Shown: positions 1-7,946 of the stretch, one piece after another
How the letters are laid out: each line of letters opens with the position of its first letter
How positions within the stretch are numbered: the first letter of the stretch is position 1
Virus record (IMG/VR): IMGVR_UViG_3300030392_000196
Location: 1 to 28,114 of that record
Reading direction: 5' to 3' (one strand)
Length of the DNA: 28,114 nt
From: a virus
Taxonomy: Duplodnaviria > Caudoviricetes
The notes under the pieces: generated by a model
Seen by the model: only the letters and a program-made list of their open reading frames with translations
Database searches by the model: none
What the model was told of the DNA's origin: nothing
Made by a program: the position numbers and the translations under genes

Positions 1-1
1 T

Positions 2-289
2 TGTGGTCGGCTCGGGGGTCGGCTCGGGGGTCGGCTCGGGGGTCGGCTCACTTATGACCTGGAGTTGGATGCGGCTGATGTAGGAACCGTTCTTGTATCC
101 GCCGTTCTCGTTGCCAGGGACGTTCATATGGAAGCAAGTGTGCTTCCCCATTGCTTCCCAGGAACCAGAGTACGCTGGGTCGTAGTTGTAAATGAATCCC
201 CCGTTCCGTTCGATGATTCGGCGATTGTTTCCCTGGCGTGAGCAGTTGCCGCAAGGGCGGCTATTAGTCTGACCCTTTACTCGTGGCAT
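2..289 (-). CDS. Partial hypothetical protein (runs off left edge) with N-terminal CxxC and an EPTP-repeat linker
   Basis: Not in ORF track. ATG at 289 preceded by AAGGAG RBS; reads MPRVKGQTNSRPCGNCSRQG...QVISEPTPEPTPEPTPEPTT with no stop to the window edge. Confidence 0.75.
   Translation of the reverse strand, partial: MPRVKGQTNSRPCGNCSRQGNNRRIIERNGGFIYNYDPAYSGSWEAMGKHTCFHMNVPGNENGGYKNGSYISRIQLQVISEPTPEPTPEPTPEPTT
5..49. repeat. 12-bp tandem repeat (GGTCGGCTCGGG x3.75) encoding EPTP on the - strand
   Basis: Units at 5-16, 17-28, 29-40, partial 41-49. Confidence 0.95.
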
Positions 290-299
290 CGTGTCTCCT

Positions 300-816
300 T
301 TTATTCAACCCTTGATTTTGCCTGGCTTTGGCACCCAGGCTAGGGCTTAAGGGAGCGACTGTTTTCGTTTGCCGCTCCCTGCCTCACCGTTAATCCGTGA
401 ACAACTCAACTCAATATGTAGCGGTGCGTTTTACTAAACAGCTGATTGACCCGAAGGCCGTGCTGCCCGATTTTCGTCGGCTATTGAGGGGCTAGTAGAG
501 ACACCCACCGTTTGTGGAACCGTCGTCCGAAACGTATCTCGGCTGACCTATGGTCTTCCCGCTTCTGCTCGTCACAGTCGCTAGTGGATGTGTCTGCGTC
601 CGCTTGGTTCGTGGTTGTGTTCGTCGCCTGGTCTTTGAGCAGCCCAGCCTGCTGGCGGATTTGTCGGCTCATCGTGGCGGCTCTTAAGCTAGCCCTGGAT
701 GCCTTTGCAGTACCTGTCCTTACTGCGTTCCCGCTTTCGGGAGTCTTGCGACTCAGCGGTTTGGGTGTGCGTATTCGATTTTTAAGGTGCCTGTTTCGTG
801 TCTGTTCTCTTGAACT
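300..816 (-). ncRNA. Candidate long structured leader or ncRNA between the leftward promoter and the CDS at 289
   Basis: Multiple hairpins on - strand: GAGUC-GCAA-GACUC (741-754), CCCG-AAAG-CGGG (730-741), GCAGUA..UACUGC (707-726), GGCC-UUCG-GGUC (448-459), GGGAGCG..CGCUCCC (351-379), GCCUGG..CCAGGC (320-340); no convincing ORF. Confidence 0.5.
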
Positions 817-822
817 AAAGGA

Positions 823-851
823 AGCATACCTAACGTATTGTTATATGTCAA
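823..851 (-). promoter_or_regulatory. Sigma70-type promoter (leftward) with a palindromic operator in the spacer
   Basis: - strand TTGACA (851-846), 17-bp spacer, TATGCT (828-823). Confidence 0.75.
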
Positions 852-959
852 GTGTTATTTCAAGCAATTTTAGAATTGATATTCCGGCGTTTAATAATAT
901 GTTGCTCAGTCCCTCGCATGTGCGCCTATATAATAGGTAGGGCTATTAAATAGGTAAGA

Positions 960-988
960 GTGACGGCTTGGGGCAGCCGGAGTATGAT
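960..988 (+). promoter_or_regulatory. Possible sigma70 promoter for the HTH gene
   Basis: GTGACG-17 bp-TATGAT upstream of the RBS at about 1017-1027. Confidence 0.35.
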
Positions 989-1030
989 TATGGCAAGCGA
1001 GTCTTGCATGTTGTAAGGAAGGAGGGAGAT

Positions 1031-1381
1031 ATGGTGACGTTTCGAAGTAGGGACGGTAAAGGAATGACAGTGACCTACCCAGAGGGACTGGACGTCACTG
1101 GCTGGACAGACGCCGAGGTGATGGAACTGGTCAAGAAGCAGAATGCCCAGGCACTTGAGGACTACATGGCATCGCCGGATACGACACCCGAATTACTGCG
1201 TCAGTTGCATGATGCCAAGGTAACCTATCAGGCCATAGCCAGCGAAGTCGGCGTTTCGTACATGACAATCTATCGCTGGTCACGGGGATTTTCGAAGCCC
1301 CGTCCTGCCAAGCCAGTCAATGAAACTTTGATGTTTATGTGCAATTTTGAGTCCATCAAACGAGGCCATTTCATACGGTAA
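1031..1381 (+). CDS. Cro/XRE-like helix-turn-helix regulator
   Basis: C-terminal HTH pattern VTYQAIASEVGVSYMTIYRWSRG; ATG 1031 follows strong AAGGAGGG RBS (ORF track starts at 968). Confidence 0.75.
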   Translation: MVTFRSRDGKGMTVTYPEGLDVTGWTDAEVMELVKKQNAQALEDYMASPDTTPELLRQLHDAKVTYQAIASEVGVSYMTIYRWSRGFSKPRPAKPVNETLMFMCNFESIKRGHFIR

Positions 1382-1435
1382 AAGAGGGGTCAGATAAGGC
1401 CAAAATCAGGCTTTTTCTGGCGTATGCTAGATAAT

Positions 1436-1640
1436 ACTATATATTCTGTTACAGAATGGGTTCGTGCCTGAGAGAAAAAGAGGAGCGAGAGAGCACGTTG
1501 CCACACCTTGGTTAGCAAAAATAAATCCCCCCGAGAAAACGGCTCTGAGGACGTTCTGAGGGATTTATTTTTTGGAGTAGAAGAATACTATATATCACAT
1601 TTTGTTATATATACCAAAAGTTAAATCCTGATTTTCGGCC
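1436..1640. repeat. ~200-bp non-coding element, copy 1 (diverged copy at 24765-24970)
   Basis: Colinear shared blocks GGTTCGTGCCT, CGGCT..GAG..CGTTCTGA.GGATTT and exact ATATATACCAAAAGTTAAAT; offset 23329-23330 across the element. Confidence 0.8.
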
Positions 1641-1730
1641 CTAAATCGCCCAATTTAATACAGCAATTTAACGTGTTAAAACCACATTTTTAATCTTAAT
1701 TTAACTAAGGGAAAAGGGGTATTAAATTAA

Positions 1731-2099
1731 ATGGCTAGTCCTCAAAGTAAGACATCGGAGGGGCAGAAAGGCGCACACTTAGAGAGTGTGCTTCTGGTCT
1801 ACTGGGAGTCCACTTGTTCAGCGAATAAGAGGGATGTGATATCGACGCATTGGGCTGACAGCCTGCCAAAATTCCAAACCATATGGGTAGACTGCCTTGG
1901 TGTCGTAGGGACGAAAGGGAATGATGCCTTTCATGTGGAGGGCATAACTCCGCAAGCCCTCATGCCCAATATGAATGCCTTCGAAAAGCTGGTGTTCCTA
2001 CGTGCGTTGGAGAGAAAGCTGGCCCTACAGACCGGCTGGGATATCAGCGGTGTGACTCGGGAGGTGGTAGACTGGCTTGGCGAAGAGGTCTTAGAGTAG
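1731..2099 (+). CDS. Hypothetical protein
   Basis: 122-aa ORF after an AT-rich region, ends 7 nt before the ParB-like gene. Confidence 0.55.
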   Translation: MASPQSKTSEGQKGAHLESVLLVYWESTCSANKRDVISTHWADSLPKFQTIWVDCLGVVGTKGNDAFHVEGITPQALMPNMNAFEKLVFLRALERKLALQTGWDISGVTREVVDWLGEEVLE

Positions 2100-2106
2100 G
2101 AGAATC

Positions 2107-2790
2107 ATGGTTACGTTTCGAGATAGGATTACTGAACTGCGGCGTGTGCCAGCGAGTGAATTGCAGGGCAATCCGAAGAACTGGCGGCGACATCCCGTCC
2201 ACCAGCGTGAAGGATTAACGACCATGCTGGAGCGTATAGGCTATGCGGATGCCGTGATAGCACGGGAAACAGAGGATGGCTTAGTGCTTGTTGACGGCCA
2301 CCTCCGGGTAGACATATCGCCCGAAGCTGTTATCCCGGTATTGGTGGTTGATTTATCCGATGCCGAAGCTGACGAGGTGCTGGCAACCCTAGACCCACTG
2401 ACATCCCTGGCGGAGCCGGACGCTGGTTTATTGCAGGGTTTATTGGAAGGTTTAGAGACAGATGACACCCTCCAGGTATTGCTCCAAGATATAAGCGATA
2501 GCTATAACGTCAGTTTGACTGAGTTATTGGAGCAATCCACAGAGGCCGCCTACACAGAGTTGCCAGAACAGTGGGGCGGCCACGAATTAACTCCTGGAGC
2601 CGTGTTGCCAGTGGCGGCGCACGAAGGGAGGGCGAACCTGAAGGCGTTTATGTTCTATATAGAGCAGGATAAATATGAGACGCTCATGGAAACCTTGTTC
2701 ACCCTCGGCGAAGCCTGGGACATTGATACGATAGCCGATGTGGTATTTGAAGCTGTACGGAGGGCCGGAGACGATGCAGCAACTGGCTGA
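2107..2790 (+). CDS. ParB/Srx N-terminal domain protein (phage, terminase/modification-associated type)
   Basis: NPKNWRRHP and LVDGHLR motifs, then IPVLVVDLSDAEADEVLATLDP; AGGAG RBS. Confidence 0.85.
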   Translation: MVTFRDRITELRRVPASELQGNPKNWRRHPVHQREGLTTMLERIGYADAVIARETEDGLVLVDGHLRVDISPEAVIPVLVVDLSDAEADEVLATLDPLTSLAEPDAGLLQGLLEGLETDDTLQVLLQDISDSYNVSLTELLEQSTEAAYTELPEQWGGHELTPGAVLPVAAHEGRANLKAFMFYIEQDKYETLMETLFTLGEAWDIDTIADVVFEAVRRAGDDAATG

Positions 2791-3715
2791 GATACGAGTA
2801 CGCACCAAAACACCGAAAGCAGAGCTAGAGCAGAAGGTAGGGAAAGTGCTGCGGGAGTCCGACTATAATATCCGCTGCACTGGCCCAACGAAGGTGGCAA
2901 TGCCGGACGGGAAGCCTTTATTGGTCTATCTGCCTGGAATGCTGTCAGGCCAATCCCACGCCGATGCCTATGATGTCCTGCACACTATCCGAGGCGAAGG
3001 GAACCGCAACCTGGCAAGCGGCGCACCCAGCTTCCAGACAGGCAACCGCACACGCTTCAAACCAGTTAAGAGCAGCATTATCGGCAATATTGACCCACTC
3101 ACTTCGGTGCCGTATTGCCGCACTACCGCTTGGACGGGCCGTAACGCTGAGTCATTTACCTCGTTATTCCCGTTCTTCAGGGAGGTGGAGGCCCAGTTTG
3201 CCCATTATGTGCCGGATAGATACGCTGCGCAGAAGGCTCGTGCTGATAGCACTCACCCTGATTGGATGGTGGGAGGGACGGTATTTACGACGCTTACGGT
3301 AAATAACACTTATCCAACAGGCGTTCACACCGATAAGGGGGATTTGGATGCCGGTTTTTCCTGTTTAACGACCTGGCGACGAGGAGATTACACTGGCGGC
3401 CACTTAACATTCCCTGAATGGCGAGTTTCTATAGATTTACAAGATGGCGACCTGTTATTGATGGATGCCCATCAATGGCATGGCAATACCGTTCTGGACT
3501 TACACTCAGAGGACGCTGAGCGGATATCCCTGGTCTTGTACTACCGCACCAAAATGCTGAACTGCGGCTCGCCCGAAGAAGAAATAGACAAAGAGGTAAC
3601 AGCTAAGAAACGCCTGCTTGGGAAGCCTGCTGTGTGGCTTGGCACCAGTGGGCCAGCGGAGTTCCCCCGTATGGATACGGAGGCACTGGGCGAAGCAGTT
3701 ACCTCGGTGGAATAG
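2774..3715 (+). CDS. TET/JBP-family 2OG-Fe(II) dioxygenase (5-methylpyrimidine dioxygenase)
   Basis: YCRTTAW, FTTLTVN, HxD (GVHTDKGD), distal His (HQWHGNT) and 2OG-binding RxS (ERISLVLYYR); probable ATG 2774 after GGAG. Confidence 0.85.
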   Translation: MQQLAEIRVRTKTPKAELEQKVGKVLRESDYNIRCTGPTKVAMPDGKPLLVYLPGMLSGQSHADAYDVLHTIRGEGNRNLASGAPSFQTGNRTRFKPVKSSIIGNIDPLTSVPYCRTTAWTGRNAESFTSLFPFFREVEAQFAHYVPDRYAAQKARADSTHPDWMVGGTVFTTLTVNNTYPTGVHTDKGDLDAGFSCLTTWRRGDYTGGHLTFPEWRVSIDLQDGDLLLMDAHQWHGNTVLDLHSEDAERISLVLYYRTKMLNCGSPEEEIDKEVTAKKRLLGKPAVWLGTSGPAEFPRMDTEALGEAVTSVE

Positions 3716-3736
3716 CCGGAAACGCAAAACAGCGTG

Positions 3737-3795
3737 TCTCTAAGCCGTTTTCAGGAGGTGCGAGAGGTTTTTCCGTGTGATAGTGTGGGGCAGCC
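3737..3795 (-). repeat. Copy of the dispersed CCTGAAAACGGCTTAGA motif, between the TET and PLP genes
   Basis: Reverse complement of 3739-3755 is identical to 20567-20583; flanks resemble 24828-24882. Confidence 0.7.
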
Positions 3796-3826
3796 TGAAA
3801 GGGCAAGAGAAAGGGAGGAGAACGCC

Positions 3827-4885
3827 TTGTCCGTTTCAAGTAAGCCTCATGTAGTAAACCTTGGCAGGGCTGAGAGCCATTGGGAAGATACCCTCCTTGA
3901 CCTGACTCCGGTGGAAGAAATTGATGGCCTGGTGTTCAAGCGTGAAGATAAATATGCGCCACTTGGCTACGGGTGCATCAATGGCTCGAAACTACGACAG
4001 CTAATCTGGCTGGTCAAACAATACATAGAGGGTGGAGGCAGGCGTGGATTGATTTCCGGTGCCAGCGTCCACAGCCCACAGCTATCGATGGGGACTGCCG
4101 TCGCCAATCACTTTGGCCTCCCTAGCACTCACGTGATAGGAGCCACAACGCCTGAAGCCTCACTCAAGCATGTCGATGTCGAAATGGCTACGCTCATGGG
4201 AGCCGAGTTCCAGTATTCCAGAGTCGCCTACAACAAAGCCCTACAAACCAAGGTTCAATCCCTATTGCAAGAGCCGGAATATCGAGGCTATTTTTATCTG
4301 GAGTATGGTGTATCGCTTGACCATTGGAACCATCCATCCAGGGAAATTGAGGCCTTCCACCGCATAGGGGCGGAACAGGTTAAGAATATCCCTGAGTGTG
4401 ATAGTCTAATCATCCCGGCTGGTAGCTGTAACAGCCTTGTCTCTATCCTGTATGGCCTGGCTATATATAAGCCCAAGGTGCGCAACCTTGTGCTGATAGA
4501 AATCGGGCCAAATAAACGGGACTGGGTTCATGACAGGATGATAGCCTTACAGTCAACTCTCTATAGCGGCACATGGAGGACTGGTAAGCCGTTTGGACAG
4601 ACTCATCCCCCGGCTCGAATACTCGACGGCTCGCTATATTCTGTGGAATACCACGACTTACATCGCACTGGCTATGTAAGTTATCAAGACATGATGACAT
4701 ACCAGCATGGCAGCATCGAGTTCCATCCACGCTATGAGGGGAAGGTCATGACTTACCTGGCAGACCAGCGGCCCGACCTACTTAGCCCGGACAATGTCAT
4801 CTGGGTTATAGCCGGAGAAGGGAAGCGAGAGAAATTCATGCGAGTTATCGCCCGTGAGACTATGGCCCGGAACAATACGCTATGA
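3827..4885 (+). CDS. Fold-type II PLP-dependent enzyme (ACC deaminase/D-Cys desulfhydrase-like; phage base-modification type)
   Basis: LTPVEE..FKREDK..NGSKLRQ PLP-lysine motif, IPAGSCNS phosphate loop, FHPRYEGK; probable TTG start 3827 after GGGAGGAG (ORF track starts at 3734). Confidence 0.8.
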   Translation: MSVSSKPHVVNLGRAESHWEDTLLDLTPVEEIDGLVFKREDKYAPLGYGCINGSKLRQLIWLVKQYIEGGGRRGLISGASVHSPQLSMGTAVANHFGLPSTHVIGATTPEASLKHVDVEMATLMGAEFQYSRVAYNKALQTKVQSLLQEPEYRGYFYLEYGVSLDHWNHPSREIEAFHRIGAEQVKNIPECDSLIIPAGSCNSLVSILYGLAIYKPKVRNLVLIEIGPNKRDWVHDRMIALQSTLYSGTWRTGKPFGQTHPPARILDGSLYSVEYHDLHRTGYVSYQDMMTYQHGSIEFHPRYEGKVMTYLADQRPDLLSPDNVIWVIAGEGKREKFMRVIARETMARNNTL

Positions 4886-5670
4886 GATTGCTGGTGAATC
4901 AGGCTTGGGCTGTGTCCTTTGACGAATATGGGATTGACGACGTGAAAGACGGCAAGATGTCGTTCCTGTATTGGGTTAAAGAACACTTCCCCGCTGTGCA
5001 AGTACACGGGGCCGGTCAGCTTTACGTTTACAAGGCACTCAAACGCTATATTGAAATCTATCCACAATCCATTGACCGTGTCTATGAGTATTTTGGTGGT
5101 AGTGGCATAGGCTCATCAATAATCCAAGGACTGTTCCGGCCTGTCTACCATGCGGTATATGATATTGACCCGCTATGCGTAGAGCATCTACGCAGACAGA
5201 AATTCTCCTGCAAGCTGCATATCCGCCAGGCAGACGCAAAGGTCGCCATGCTGGAGGATATGCACGACCCAGCGATTGCGCCTGACCTGGTAGCCTGGGA
5301 TTCCGGCAATTCCACGGCTTTGTATATGGGCCAATGGCAGGAGCAGTTGGACGGGGTATTCGCCCAGCATCCGAAGGCTGTCCAGATGACGGATATCAGC
5401 CTTGCTAGACTGCACCTGCAACGCAAGCGATACAGCGAGATATTAGGGCGAGATTTCAAGAACGGGCCGGAATACCTTCTAGCTTTGGCTGACTGGGTAT
5501 ACGAGCGTTATCAGTATCGCCCACTGGCTATGGCCTACCGAGAGTTCGCCTGTATGATGTATGTCCCCACGACGGTGCCGTGGTCTGCTGACCGCCAGGC
5601 ACGAGCTTGGGAGCCAGAAATGTATCACCTAACTAAATCAGACGGTGAGGTAGCGGTGATGGCATGGTGA
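4882..5670 (+). CDS. Class I SAM-dependent methyltransferase-like protein
   Basis: Motif I VYEYFGGSGIGS, acidic beta2 end (VYDID), QADA, DLVAWD; no C5 PC motif or DPPY/NPPY; ATGA overlap with the PLP gene. Confidence 0.65.
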   Translation: MRLLVNQAWAVSFDEYGIDDVKDGKMSFLYWVKEHFPAVQVHGAGQLYVYKALKRYIEIYPQSIDRVYEYFGGSGIGSSIIQGLFRPVYHAVYDIDPLCVEHLRRQKFSCKLHIRQADAKVAMLEDMHDPAIAPDLVAWDSGNSTALYMGQWQEQLDGVFAQHPKAVQMTDISLARLHLQRKRYSEILGRDFKNGPEYLLALADWVYERYQYRPLAMAYREFACMMYVPTTVPWSADRQARAWEPEMYHLTKSDGEVAVMAW

Positions 5671-6761
5671 CGATTAGCCCACTATTGACGGCAGGGCTGG
5701 ACTTCCGGCTTCCTGAATACCGCTCCGAAGTCTTCCAAAGATTCTATACGTTCCATCTGAAGTATCAGAGCCATCCAGGATGCGTGTATTACCTAATGCC
5801 CTATCTAGCTGAAACCGAAGGATGGTCGCCTGAGCAAAGGCTGTGGTTCGCCTTCTTGAATGGCAACACGCAGAACCCAGTCACGTCCTATATCATCTTC
5901 CATAAATTCCCAGACTTCGAGAACTTGGACATAGTTGCGCTGGCAGATTGGTTCAACGACCCACGCATCTATCAAAACCTGGCATGGGATACAGACCGCC
6001 GCCATCATAAGGTTATGTTCATTAGGGCTGTTGATTCGTACCAGTCCAACCTATACGGCAAGACCCAATGGGAATTCTTTAGCGACCTATGCACCCACGA
6101 CGAGTATTCGAACTTCCGCCGTGTGTGGGACTTTGTATCGGAAAGATTCCTGTCGTTTGGCAGGCTATCGACATTCAGCTACCTCGAATACCTTCGCATC
6201 ATGGGGGCTGACCTTGATTGCGACCAGTTGTTCCTAGAGGACAGGGAAGGCTCACGCAGTCACCGGAATGGCATCTGCAAGGTGATAGGCCGTGACGACC
6301 TGGACTGGCACTCGTCCAACCCTGGCTTCGATGGGCGATACTCCCCAGACTTGATTAAACAGCTAGAAAACGCCGGAGAAACGCTTCTCGCTGACGCTAA
6401 GGTACGCAATGAAGGGATGCCTTGGGCCAATGATGTGAGTTACTTCACATTGGAAAGCGCACTCTGCACATACAAGTCCTGGCACCGTAAAAACCGACGT
6501 TATCCCAATGTGTACAATGACCTTCTATTCAATCGTATTGAGCACGCCGAAGCACGTTGGATTCGGCCCAAGTTGGACATATTTTGGGATGCTCGGCAGC
6601 TATTGCTTCCCCCCAATCTGTTGATGGAAGAAAACCCGTTGGACGTGGGATGTGTGCCGTTGAAACAGAACCACTACCTCAGCACCGGCGAAGTCATTAT
6701 GATGGAACGGGATTGGAAGTGCTTCGATAACGAATACGCACGTGCGAGGATAAGCGCATGA
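5664..6761 (+). CDS. Amino acid:DNA transferase (aGPT-Pplase family, HhH-glycosylase-like fold)
   Basis: WDTDRR, FGRLSTFSYLEYL HhH-like segment, GSRSHRNG, catalytic-type TLESALCTYKSW and RYP motifs; sits next to a P-loop kinase. Confidence 0.8.
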   Translation: MVTISPLLTAGLDFRLPEYRSEVFQRFYTFHLKYQSHPGCVYYLMPYLAETEGWSPEQRLWFAFLNGNTQNPVTSYIIFHKFPDFENLDIVALADWFNDPRIYQNLAWDTDRRHHKVMFIRAVDSYQSNLYGKTQWEFFSDLCTHDEYSNFRRVWDFVSERFLSFGRLSTFSYLEYLRIMGADLDCDQLFLEDREGSRSHRNGICKVIGRDDLDWHSSNPGFDGRYSPDLIKQLENAGETLLADAKVRNEGMPWANDVSYFTLESALCTYKSWHRKNRRYPNVYNDLLFNRIEHAEARWIRPKLDIFWDARQLLLPPNLLMEENPLDVGCVPLKQNHYLSTGEVIMMERDWKCFDNEYARARISA

Positions 6762-7429
6762 TGGATTGGTTAGTGTATGTAGTTGGATACCCTGGCAGCG
6801 GCAAGACCACGGCGATGCAGAAAGCCATAGGCATGGAGGACGTATTAGAACAGGATGGGTTAGTGCAGACTGTGCCGTTTGTTCACACGGTGTATCCCAG
6901 TGGCATCGTAGAATTAGGCCGCCAGAGGGATACTTATGGCGGCACGGATTCCCTCGCCCTGAACGCCCAGCCAGTGGTGGAGAAATGGTTGAGTGAAATA
7001 GATGTGCCAGTGGTAGTCGCAGAGGGCGATAGGCTGGCTAATCGTAAGTTCTTCGACGCAGCCTGTGAATACAACAATGAACTCCAGGAGTGCCTCTCCC
7101 GTTACCTGTGTTTCGTGCATATCAAATGCCCCGAACTAACCGCTCGTAAACGTGCCTGGGAGCGTGGCTCACGATTCAACGAGTCGTGGCTGAAGGGCCG
7201 CATCAGCAAGGTGGATAGCCTGGTTAGGCTGGCTTCTAGGTCTCATATCACCGTCTCAGAGGGTACGTGGAATACGAGTTCTTATAAATCATGGAAGGAG
7301 CCTGTTGACCTTACTATGAACGTGTTTGGCACGATGGAGGGGGAGTTCCATGAAATAGATGGGACACAGTCACCAGACGCCGTTGCAATGGAATTACGCT
7401 CAATCATCGAGACATTGAACGATGACTAA
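6758..7429 (+). CDS. P-loop nucleotide kinase, putative 5-hydroxymethyluracil DNA kinase
   Basis: Walker A GYPGSGKTT, LG..GGTDSL, EGDRL, and lid R..RGS motifs; ATGA overlap with the transferase. Confidence 0.75.
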   Translation: MMDWLVYVVGYPGSGKTTAMQKAIGMEDVLEQDGLVQTVPFVHTVYPSGIVELGRQRDTYGGTDSLALNAQPVVEKWLSEIDVPVVVAEGDRLANRKFFDAACEYNNELQECLSRYLCFVHIKCPELTARKRAWERGSRFNESWLKGRISKVDSLVRLASRSHITVSEGTWNTSSYKSWKEPVDLTMNVFGTMEGEFHEIDGTQSPDAVAMELRSIIETLNDD

Positions 7430-7946
7430 TCGTGCCGGCGAGAGCAAGTTATCCCAGCGGCGTATAGACGCAAGGAACAGGCAGCAGCAAGCCCTGGAGC
7501 TGCGGATGGCTGGCCGGACATGGCAAGAGATTGCTGACCACCTTGGTTATGCAGGCCATACCGGTGCCTATGAAGCTGTCAAAGTAGCACTCTCACGCTC
7601 GAATCACGAGGCGGTTGAGGACTATCGCAGTTTGACACTAGGGCGATTGACAAAGATACTACAAGTCCACTGGCCTATCATGCTCCAAGGGGACGGGAAT
7701 GCGACCCGTTATTGTTTGCAAACCATCAAGGATATGCGAGACCTATTGGGCCTGGATTCCCCGTCCAAGTTTGAACACACTGGAGCCGATGGCGCACCTA
7801 TTCGGCATGAGGTGATAACACTAGACATTGGAGACATTGCAGAAGCCATCTCTGTCTTGCGAGATGCTGGGGCCGTCCGGTTGGAAAGCAATGGGTACGC
7901 TCCGGCTACCGTGGACGCAGTACATTCCCCACAAGCCGACTCCTAA
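7422..7946 (+). CDS. terS: Terminase small subunit
   Basis: N-terminal HTH (ALELRMAGRTWQEIADHLGY), LLGLD..KFEHTGADGAPI C-terminal motif, directly upstream of terL. Confidence 0.8.
   Translation: MTNRAGESKLSQRRIDARNRQQQALELRMAGRTWQEIADHLGYAGHTGAYEAVKVALSRSNHEAVEDYRSLTLGRLTKILQVHWPIMLQGDGNATRYCLQTIKDMRDLLGLDSPSKFEHTGADGAPIRHEVITLDIGDIAEAISVLRDAGAVRLESNGYAPATVDAVHSPQADS

Noticed and set aside
5-49. Tandem repeat as a CRISPR array or iterons
   Set aside because: No spacers; in-frame Pro-rich linker coding sequence
48-254. 68-aa - strand ORF in the track
   Set aside because: The overlapping frame starting at 289 has a proper RBS and explains the 12-bp repeat as EPTP
512-940. 142-aa + strand ORF, and 481-672 on the - strand
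   Set aside because: No RBS, low-complexity translation, and 512-940 crosses a clear opposite-strand promoter; better explained as a structured non-coding region
1031-2127. HTH and ParB-like genes both begin MVTFR (ATGGTnACGTTTCGAnnTAGG, 18/21 nt)
   Set aside because: Similarity stops after seven codons; cannot be distinguished from chance without homolog data
2107-2790. Plasmid-prophage partition system (parABS)
   Set aside because: No ParA in the window and no central HTH evident; context is terminase and modification genes
3827-4885. ACC deaminase / D-cysteine desulfhydrase as an auxiliary metabolic gene
   Set aside because: Same fold, but embedded in and coupled to base-modification genes, so a DNA-modification role is more parsimonious
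4882-5670. Conventional C5 or N6/N4 DNA methyltransferase
   Set aside because: Lacks PC/ENV and DPPY/NPPY catalytic motifs; only SAM-binding features are visible
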